From NCBI GenBank assembly GCA_043798715.1, contig JAZDOK010000016.1:1036-65035 (forward strand): 64,000 bases of DNA, in the 5' to 3' direction. Of the stretch, positions 19,585 through 26,038 are shown piece by piece (position 1 is the stretch's first letter; each line of letters begins with the position of its first letter). Source of the DNA: a bacterium (lineage in GTDB: Bacteria > Vulcanimicrobiota > JAZDOK01). Position numbers and translations under genes: made by a program. The notes under the pieces were generated by a model that saw only the letters and a list, made by a program, of their open reading frames with translations, had not been told where the DNA came from and did no database searches.

Positions 19585-20592
19585 ATGCCAATTAAAAACA
19601 CCTGTTTTGGAATATTACCATTTAGAAGCCGCTCGATTGACAATAGATTTAAAAACATTATCCACCCTCTTGTTGAAACACACACCGGTCTTGTATATGA
19701 AGATGCACGTGTTTACTATGAAGCAAAAAACGAAAAAATGGATTTAATTTCAAGAATGGTTGAAGATGCAAAATTGGTAATAGTTGATATTTCAGAAGAC
19801 AATCCCAATGTTTTTTTTGAATTTGGCATAGCTTATCACCTAAAAAAGCCGATTATCATACTATGCAAAAAGTCGGAATGGAAGAAAGTCCGAAAGGAAA
19901 AACTGCCTTTTGATATACAAGGCCGCGAAATCCTCATCTACAAAGATAACGCAGCTCTAAGAGTACAACTTGGAAAATATATCTTTGACAGTCTCTATCC
20001 AACTCAGGAAATTTTGGTTTCATGGGAATCAGCGGATGCAAGAAATTATTTCAAAAGTCCCACAGAAATACAAATCTATCCGGAGCCTACAGATCCTAAA
20101 GGTGAAATTTGGAGCAGTAAGGCTGTTGATCTTGGTTTTACAATTGAATATCATGTAAAAATCCACGAACCCAATGGCAAAAATCCTGATATAAGACTCC
20201 ATTTTTCACACAAGCCTGGGAAAGAAGGGTATCCACGCATCACCATCATATTCCCCTGGGAGTATAATTGTGAAGAATGTCACATAGATTATTTTTACGA
20301 CCCAAAGGAACAAAGAATGGAGGAAAGGTTGCAACAAGTACCGGTTGCAAAACAAAACATCGCAATCAAAGAATTTGATGTTCTGGTCTCGTTTTGTTGG
20401 CCCAACCTTGTTTTTGAGTCTCCTTTTTTTGGTGATGCAAAACCACGAGTCAATGTCTCTTTAAACCTGCTCCGCAATAAAGGTTTTCCTCTTCATCTTG
20501 CCCAATACATTGGCTTCGCATCACCAAATAGCCAAGTGACTATCAGCGATATAAAAATTAAAGAAATTTCCCATGTGGAGAAAAACTCATGA
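19585..20592 (+). CDS. nucleoside 2-deoxyribosyltransferase/TIR-like Rossmannoid domain protein with unknown beta-rich C-terminal domain (candidate defence gene 2)
   Basis: ATG 19585 lies 8 nt after AAGGGAGG, giving 335 aa. The N-terminus reads FGILPF....ID..F...I.P......(~50 aa)..AKLVIVDISEDNPNVFFEFGIAYHLKKPIIILCKK...LPFDIQGR.ILIY. This resembles the D-x-G/N-x-x-x-E-x-G-x-A-x-x-x-x-K-P motif of NDT-like domains, assigned from memory. I do not recognise the C-terminal ~200 aa. Confidence 0.75.
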   Translation: MPIKNTCFGILPFRSRSIDNRFKNIIHPLVETHTGLVYEDARVYYEAKNEKMDLISRMVEDAKLVIVDISEDNPNVFFEFGIAYHLKKPIIILCKKSEWKKVRKEKLPFDIQGREILIYKDNAALRVQLGKYIFDSLYPTQEILVSWESADARNYFKSPTEIQIYPEPTDPKGEIWSSKAVDLGFTIEYHVKIHEPNGKNPDIRLHFSHKPGKEGYPRITIIFPWEYNCEECHIDYFYDPKEQRMEERLQQVPVAKQNIAIKEFDVLVSFCWPNLVFESPFFGDAKPRVNVSLNLLRNKGFPLHLAQYIGFASPNSQVTISDIKIKEISHVEKNS

Positions 20593-20822
20593 GCAATCTG
20601 GACTGGGTTCTTCATCAGCAGGAAGGGCAGTTCTTCGAGCAAAAGAGCTGCTATGAGTGAAAGGTTGGGGGTTAAACAACCATGAAAAGAATTACGCCTG
20701 AAAAAGAATCGCTGACCGTCGAATTCAAGAGCGACAAGAGTCGCCTTCTTCGAAAACTGGTGCAAGCAGATAAGCTAAAATTAGTCGGGAAGGGACGAAA
20801 CGCTTATTATATCACGACCTAA
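20589..20822 (+). pseudogene. collapsed remnants of an AlbA_2-domain / winged-helix (RecG-like 'ATP-binding/transcriptional regulator') gene
   Basis: There are two mini-ORFs. The first is MSNLDWVLHQQEGQFFEQKSCYE* (20589-20660). The second is MKRITPEKESLTVEFKSDKSRLLRKLVQADKLKLVGKGRNAYYITT* (20682-20822). The second joins an AlbA_2-type start (E.E.LEFK) directly to a wHTH-type tail (L..L....L...G.GR...Y), implying an internal deletion. Confidence 0.5.
20601..20645 (+). repeat. 45-nt direct repeat, copy 2
   Basis: GACTGGGTTCTTCATCAGCAGGAAGGGCAGTTCTTCGAGCAAAAG. It lies inside a 23-codon ORF (20589-20660) whose ATG overlaps the gene-2 stop (ATGA). Confidence 0.8.
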
Positions 20823-20830
20823 TCGCGCGG

Positions 20831-20870
20831 AAACGCGCGCGCGTTTATCTGAAACACGCGCGCGTTTATC
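20831..20870. repeat. tandem 19-nt repeat with alternating-CG palindromic core (possible operator or recombination site)
   Basis: AAACGCGCGCGCGTTTATC-tg-AAACACGCGCGCGTTTATC. The first unit contains the perfect 16-nt palindrome AAACGCGCGCGCGTTT. Confidence 0.75.
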
Positions 20871-20890
20871 ATGCAGACAAAGTGTAGTTT

Positions 20891-21088
20891 ATGTCGAAAA
20901 TAGTCACGATATCTATTGCCATAGAAGCCATTATCCATAATGTCCATAAAGTTCGACAAATTATTGTTCGTCATATCTTGGAGGTGTCGGTATCCACTGC
21001 AACCCATATCGCTCATAACCTGCTTGAGACAGGTTGGTTGATTCCGGTTGGGAACAAGCGCTGGAGGCGCTATATTTCCAGGGAATAG
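20891..21088 (+). CDS. small winged-helix-like ORF (possibly another C-terminal gene fragment)
   Basis: 65 aa. ..ILEVSVSTATHIAHNLLETGWLIPVGNKRWRRY resembles an HTH plus wing. No convincing RBS, and the N-terminal half looks non-native. Confidence 0.3.
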   Translation: MSKIVTISIAIEAIIHNVHKVRQIIVRHILEVSVSTATHIAHNLLETGWLIPVGNKRWRRYISRE

Positions 21089-21185
21089 CATGTCGTACAC
21101 TTTAATTGGGCTATCGAACACTTTGTTTGTTTAATTTGTGTGCCCCAGGGTATACGATAGCAACAGGCTGGATCCCTCTACTCTT

Positions 21186-21449
21186 TATATCACCCACTTC
21201 ATGGAAGAGGCCGTGGAGGCCAGGCGGGTGATCGTTCTTGACCGCGGAACAATCGTGATGGACGGAACCCCGGCGGAAGTATTATCGCAGTACGATCAGA
21301 TGGAGAAACTGGGGGTGGGGGTGCCCTGCATAACCCGCCTGGATCACGCCCTCAGGGAAGAGGGCTTCAACCTTCCTTCAGTGCCGCTTTCCGCCGAGGA
21401 GATGGCGGATGAGCTTTCTCTTTTGCCTCTGAAGGCTTCTCCTCGGTGA
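21186..21449 (+). pseudogene. orphan 3' fragment of ecfA (right copy of the 264-bp direct repeat)
   Basis: It translates to [32 protein letters not shown]...[11 protein letters not shown], about 88% identical to the ecfA C-terminus. There are no Walker motifs or credible start upstream. It overlaps the 3' end of convergent yvcK. Confidence 0.85.
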
Positions 21450-22734
21450 CTTCGAGGATGAGCTTGTTCAGAATGTCCGCCAGCTTTTTTGAATCATGGC
21501 GGACCATGTTGGTCTCGGAGATGAGATTGGCGCAGATGGCATGAAGGCCCATCTCCTCGACTTTCTCCCGGTCCGCCCGGACGGGGAAGGCGCCCTCCGC
21601 CTCGTATTTCTGCGAGAGCCTGGCCGGCATTTTGTCATTGATGAGTACATAGTCAAAAATCTGCTCGCCGATTTGTTCTAAAATTGTTCTGACATGATCC
21701 GAGGCCGTGAAGCGATCGGTCTCTCCGGGCTGGGTCATGACGTTGCAGACATATATTTTAATCGCCCGGGATCCCTTGATGGCCTCCGGAACTCCGTCTA
21801 TCAGGAGATTGGGAAGGACGCTGGTGTAGAGGCTTCCCGGGCCGTATATGATGGCGTCCGCCTCCCGGATGGCCTGCAGGACCTCCGGGACGGGGGGGCA
21901 GTGCGCCGGTTTGAGGAAGACCTCTCTGATGGGCTTCCCGGCTTTAGAGATGGTGGTCTCCCCCTCGACGACGGAAGAGTCGGACAGCACGGCGCAGAGG
22001 ATGGGCGGGGTGAGGGTGGAGGGCAGGACCCTTCCTCTGACGGCCAGGATCTTGGAGGACATCTTGAGTGCCCGCTCAAAGTCTCCGGCGATGGAGGTCA
22101 TGGCGACCAGAAAAAGGTTTCCGAAGTTGTGCCCGCCCAGTCCCTCGCCGTCTGAGAATCTGAATTGAAAGAGTTCAGACATGAAGGACTCGTCGTCGGC
22201 CAGGGCCACCAGGCAATTTCGAAGGTCTCCGGGAGGGATGACCCCAAGCTCCTTCCGGAGACGCCCGGAACTTCCCCCGTCGTCGGTCACGGTCACCACG
22301 GCCGTGAGGTTCCCGGTGTGTTCCTTAAGGCCGCTCAGGAGGCTGGAGAGGCCGGTGCCCCCGCCGATGGCCACGATCTTAAGACCCTGGCGGAGCTGCC
22401 GGCGTTCGTAAACCAGCTCGACCAGCCTCTTCTGCTCGTAGGGCATGGCCGCATGGTAGAGCGATGAAAAGCCCTGGCGGATGCCGAATATGATGATTAG
22501 GAATCCCGTGACGGCGAAGAGGTAATCCACGAGCCTGGGGGACAGCTCCCGCCCGGTCAGGCGCTGCAGAATGTTCAAGACGGCGATCTCAATCTCAATG
22601 GGCCCCTTGGCGTTGACGATGAGGATGAAGCCCAGCGAAAAAATTAGGAGGCCCACCCAGGAGAGGATAAGCCAGCGCTTGATCTTCATCCCCGGTAGAA
22701 GCCACTTGAAAAGACGGTCGAAAAATTTCAGCAT
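21367..22734 (-). CDS. yvcK: gluconeogenesis factor YvcK / CofD-like (UPF0052) protein with N-terminal membrane anchor
   Basis: KIVAIGGGTGLSSLLSGLKEHT.NLTAVVTVTDDGGSSGRLR.ELGV.PPGD.RNCLVALA is the YvcK-family signature. Confidence 0.9.
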   Translation of the reverse strand: MLKFFDRLFKWLLPGMKIKRWLILSWVGLLIFSLGFILIVNAKGPIEIEIAVLNILQRLTGRELSPRLVDYLFAVTGFLIIIFGIRQGFSSLYHAAMPYEQKRLVELVYERRQLRQGLKIVAIGGGTGLSSLLSGLKEHTGNLTAVVTVTDDGGSSGRLRKELGVIPPGDLRNCLVALADDESFMSELFQFRFSDGEGLGGHNFGNLFLVAMTSIAGDFERALKMSSKILAVRGRVLPSTLTPPILCAVLSDSSVVEGETTISKAGKPIREVFLKPAHCPPVPEVLQAIREADAIIYGPGSLYTSVLPNLLIDGVPEAIKGSRAIKIYVCNVMTQPGETDRFTASDHVRTILEQIGEQIFDYVLINDKMPARLSQKYEAEGAFPVRADREKVEEMGLHAICANLISETNMVRHDSKKLADILNKLILEVTEEKPSEAKEKAHPPSPRRKAALKEG

Positions 22735-22736
22735 GG

Positions 22737-23591
22737 TTATTTCTTCAGATCCCTGTGCTCCAGGTGAAGGGGATAGTTCAGGCTTTCCAGGTATCGGGCC
22801 AGCTCATTACTGATCGCCACCGAGCGGTGCTTGCCTCCGGTGCAGCCGATGGCGATCGTGAGGTGCGCCTTGCCCTCCCCGACGAAGAGGGGAATGAGGA
22901 AGCGGTGCAGGTCGAAAAGCTTTGAAAGAAAATCTCCGGCCTGCGAATTTCCGAGCACAAAGTCCCGGACCGCCTCGTTGTTTCCAGTCAGATCTCTGAG
23001 ATTCTCCACGTAGTAGGGGTTGGGGAGGAAGCGCACGTCGAAAACCAGGTCTGAATCCAGGGGAATTCCGTACTTGTAGCCGAATGAGACGACCGTGATA
23101 TTGATGGGGTCCTCCCTTTTGGACATGAAAAGGGAGATGATCTCGTCCCTGAATTCCTGGGGGGAGAGTATGTTCGTGTCAATGATTTTGTCGGAAACAC
23201 CTTTTATCTCCTCCAGCAGGAGCCGCTCCGCCTTGATGCCCTCGAGTGGGCGGCCGGTGGGAGCCAGGGGGTGTTTCCGGCGACTTTCGCTGAAGCGCCG
23301 CACCAGGACTTCGTCAGAAGAATCAAGGAAGACGATCTGGTAGCGAAAGCCGTTCCTGGAGAGTTCCTGAAGGTCCTTAAGGAGGGTGGAAAAAAATTCC
23401 TGTCCCCGGGTGTCCATTACCAGAGCCACCCTTTTTACGTCCGAGTGGGCGCAGAGTTCGGCAAATTTTGACAGGAGGGCCGGGAGGAGATTGTCAACGC
23501 AGAAGAATCCCTGATCCTCGAAATATTTCAGGGCCAGAGATTTTCCGGCGCCCGAAAGCCCGGTGATGATGATGAATTCAGGCTGGGCCAT
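22737..23591 (-). CDS. rapZ: RNase adapter protein RapZ (YvcJ)
   Basis: IIITGLSGAGKS.ALK.FED.GFFCVDNL P-loop N-terminus and C-terminal ..IAIGCTGGKHRSV motif. It is adjacent to yvcK, as is typical. Confidence 0.93.
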   Translation of the reverse strand: MAQPEFIIITGLSGAGKSLALKYFEDQGFFCVDNLLPALLSKFAELCAHSDVKRVALVMDTRGQEFFSTLLKDLQELSRNGFRYQIVFLDSSDEVLVRRFSESRRKHPLAPTGRPLEGIKAERLLLEEIKGVSDKIIDTNILSPQEFRDEIISLFMSKREDPINITVVSFGYKYGIPLDSDLVFDVRFLPNPYYVENLRDLTGNNEAVRDFVLGNSQAGDFLSKLFDLHRFLIPLFVGEGKAHLTIAIGCTGGKHRSVAISNELARYLESLNYPLHLEHRDLKK

Positions 23592-23743
23592 TTTTACCTC
23601 CTGCTTTGCTTTTAGTATTTCTCCCGCGGACGTTCCGGCTCCTTCCGGAGAGACTGCGTAAAAGGTAAAAGGTTGCGCCGGTTTGTCTTCCTCAAGGGCG
23701 CGAAGCGCCTCTTCCCGGTTTGATTCCGAAACTTTATTCCGAA

Positions 23744-23772
23744 TTGTTTATAATGCCTGTTTCTGGTATAAT
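23744..23772 (+). promoter_or_regulatory. candidate sigma-70 promoter for rarA
   Basis: TTGTTT, a 17-nt spacer, then TATAAT with an extended-10 TG (TGGTATAAT), about 30 nt upstream of the rarA start. Confidence 0.4.
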
Positions 23773-23803
23773 CAGGGAGTGAAAAAGTCCGCCTAAAGAT
23801 GCA

Positions 23804-25165
23804 ATGGAGGATACTCGACGAGTGAAGAAGCAGGCAGACATTCCCAATGTTGCTCCCGAGAATAAATCCGAGGCCGAACTGGCTCCCCTGGCCGATCGGA
23901 TGCGCCCCAGAAACCTCGAAGAATTTCTGGGGCAGGAGCACCTGGTTGGAGAAGGCCGCCTTCTCAGGGAAGCCCTGGAATCGGGCAATCTCTTTTCCTT
24001 CATCCTCTGGGGCCCCCCGGGCTCCGGGAAGACCACCCTGGCTCGCATCGTCGCCGAGAAGACCCGGGCGCACTTTGTGGAGTTTTCCGCCGTCGCCTCC
24101 GGAATCCCCGAAGTGCGGCAGGCTATCAAGGAAGCATCGCTGCGCCGGGAGATGTACCGCCAGCGCACCATCCTCTTCATAGACGAGATCCACCGATTCA
24201 ATAAGGCCCAACAGGACGCCTTTCTCCCGCACGTGGAGGACGGCACCGTCATCCTGATCGGGGCTACGACGGAAAATCCCTATTTTGAGGTTATCTCGCC
24301 CCTGGCCTCACGCATGCGGGTCTATCAACTGCACCAATTGGAAAAGGAACAGATCCGGGCCATCCTTCTCAGGGCGCTGGAAGACAAGGAAAATGGCCTC
24401 GGGAAAGCGCGTTCCAGCGTTGACGAAGACGCCCTCTCCTTCATCATCGAGGCGGCCAACGGGGACGCCCGCTTTGCCCTGAACGCCCTGGAGCTGTCCT
24501 CCCGAAAGGGCCGAGTCACCCTTGAGGTGGCTCTGGACGCCATTCAGAAGAAGGCCCTGGTCTACGATCGCCAGGGAGAATACCATTACGACGTCATTTC
24601 GGCCTTTATCAAAAGCCTGCGCGGGGGAGATCCCGACGCCGCGCTTTACTGGCTGGCCCGGATGCTCGTTTCGGGCGAGGATCCTCTCTTTATCGCCAGG
24701 CGCATGGTCATACTCGCCGCCGAGGACGTGGGAAACGCCGATCCCCTGGCCCTGGTCGTGGCCAATGCCGCCGCCGATGCGGTCCATTTTGTCGGGATGC
24801 CAGAGGCCAGGATTCCCCTGGCTCAGGCCGCCGCCTACCTCGCCTCGGCCCCCAAGTCCAACCGGGCCTATCTGGGGATTGAAAAGGCCATGCAGGACGT
24901 CGAGAAGAAGATCGTCCCCCCGGTGCCCCTGCATCTTCGGAATGCGGCCTTCAAGGGGGCCGGGGAGCTTGGATATGCCCGGGGATACCGCTATCCCCAC
25001 GATTATCCGGGGCACTTCGTGCAACAGGTCTATCTGCCGGAAGGTTTTGAGGAGTCCGTGTATTACGAGCCGTCTGCCGAGGGCCATGAAGGCAAGATCG
25101 GGGAACGCCTTGGAAAAAGATGGCCCGGCAAACGCTATGAAAAGAGGGACGATAAAGGTGCCTGA
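23804..25165 (+). CDS. rarA: replication-associated recombination protein A (RarA/MgsA AAA+ ATPase)
   Basis: LADRMRPRNL.EF.GQEHL.G.G..L.......L.S.ILWGPPGSGKTTLARI.A and ..LF.DEIHRFNK.QQDAFLP.VE.G matches RarA. Confidence 0.93.
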   Translation: MEDTRRVKKQADIPNVAPENKSEAELAPLADRMRPRNLEEFLGQEHLVGEGRLLREALESGNLFSFILWGPPGSGKTTLARIVAEKTRAHFVEFSAVASGIPEVRQAIKEASLRREMYRQRTILFIDEIHRFNKAQQDAFLPHVEDGTVILIGATTENPYFEVISPLASRMRVYQLHQLEKEQIRAILLRALEDKENGLGKARSSVDEDALSFIIEAANGDARFALNALELSSRKGRVTLEVALDAIQKKALVYDRQGEYHYDVISAFIKSLRGGDPDAALYWLARMLVSGEDPLFIARRMVILAAEDVGNADPLALVVANAAADAVHFVGMPEARIPLAQAAAYLASAPKSNRAYLGIEKAMQDVEKKIVPPVPLHLRNAAFKGAGELGYARGYRYPHDYPGHFVQQVYLPEGFEESVYYEPSAEGHEGKIGERLGKRWPGKRYEKRDDKGA

Positions 25166-25273
25166 TTTCAACGTCAGCCGGGGGGGGGAGAAAAATCTCC
25201 GGGGGAAAAAGAGGAAAAAGCCCACTCCGGGATAAATATTAGATGTATAACCAAGAGGAAGGAGGCTGTTATT

Positions 25274-25630
25274 ATGGACGACAACAAGGGAATGGGAATG
25301 ATGTTCGGTTTTCTGGTCGGGACGCTGGTGGGGGCGACCATCGCTTTTATGATTGCTCCGCAGTCGGGTGAGGAGACGCGCGAGAAGATCCGGGTGGAAG
25401 CTCTCAAGATGAAGGAGAAGGCGGAGAAATTCGTCGATGAGGCCAGGGAGCAGGCTGAAAAAATTGTAGACGAAATGAAGGAAAAAGCCGCTGAGATGGT
25501 TGAGGAGCTCAAAGAAGACGCCGATGTTCTGATGGAAAAAGGGAAGCAGGCGATCATCGAAAAAAAAGCTCAGGTTATTGATGTCATCAGCAAGCACGTA
25601 AAAAAAGCGGAGCAGGCTCCTGCTGAATAA
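25274..25630 (+). CDS. YtxH domain-containing protein
   Basis: N-terminal TM GFLVGTLVGATIAFMIAPQSGEETREKI, then a charged helical region. This is the typical YtxH layout. Confidence 0.8.
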   Translation: MDDNKGMGMMFGFLVGTLVGATIAFMIAPQSGEETREKIRVEALKMKEKAEKFVDEAREQAEKIVDEMKEKAAEMVEELKEDADVLMEKGKQAIIEKKAQVIDVISKHVKKAEQAPAE

Positions 25631-25678
25631 AGTGGCTTTTTGAGCAGCTTTTCTTTAAAAATAGGAGGGCGCCTCATC

Positions 25679-26017
25679 GTGGATATAAATCTGGAGACCA
25701 GAAAGCTCGGCAATTCGGCCTATTTGATCGAAATTCAAGGCGAAATAGACGTCTACACTTCGCCCAGGGTAAAGGAGACCATCAACGAGCTGATAGAGAA
25801 GGGTAAATATTTTCTGGTCATTAACCTGGAAGGGGTCCGTTACATTGACAGCACCGGCCTGGGTGTGCTCATCGGCGCTCTCAAGAAGGTCAAGGAGAAT
25901 GACGGCGCCGTCTCTCTGATCAGTACGAACCCGCAGATAAAGAAAATATTCACCATTACCGGCCTGGTCAAGATATTCGGGATTTACAAGAACGAGGAAG
26001 AAGCCTGGCGAACATGA
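25679..26017 (+). CDS. STAS-domain anti-sigma-factor antagonist (SpoIIAA-like)
   Basis: ..I.GEIDVYTSP..KE.I.....G....VINL..V.YIDSTGLGVLIG..K......G...L....PQI.K.F.ITGL matches the STAS fold. GTG 25679 lies 9 nt after AGGAGGG; the ORF is open from 25640. Confidence 0.85.
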   Translation: MDINLETRKLGNSAYLIEIQGEIDVYTSPRVKETINELIEKGKYFLVINLEGVRYIDSTGLGVLIGALKKVKENDGAVSLISTNPQIKKIFTITGLVKIFGIYKNEEEAWRT

Positions 26018-26038
26018 CCGCCTGACGGACCGTATAAA

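Larger units (their letters stand above)
15095..21185. mobile_element. AT-rich genomic island inserted in the 3' end of ecfA (decayed integrative element, no integrase seen)
   Basis: It is bounded by the two ecfA-tail copies. The coding parts (15.3-16.3 kb and 17.2-20.6 kb) are visibly much more AT-rich than the flanks. The content is accessory or decayed genes and repeats. Confidence 0.65.

Noticed and set aside
21138-21449. ORF 21138-21449 as an independent small ABC-related gene
   Set aside because: Only the last 88 codons are homologous to ecfA, and the first 16 codons are junction sequence. It has no ATPase motifs, so it is treated as a gene fragment or att-side remnant.
24308-25597. 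429-aa minus-strand ORF
   Set aside because: It is antisense to rarA and the YtxH gene, both of which have clear family motifs. It is a low-complexity shadow ORF.
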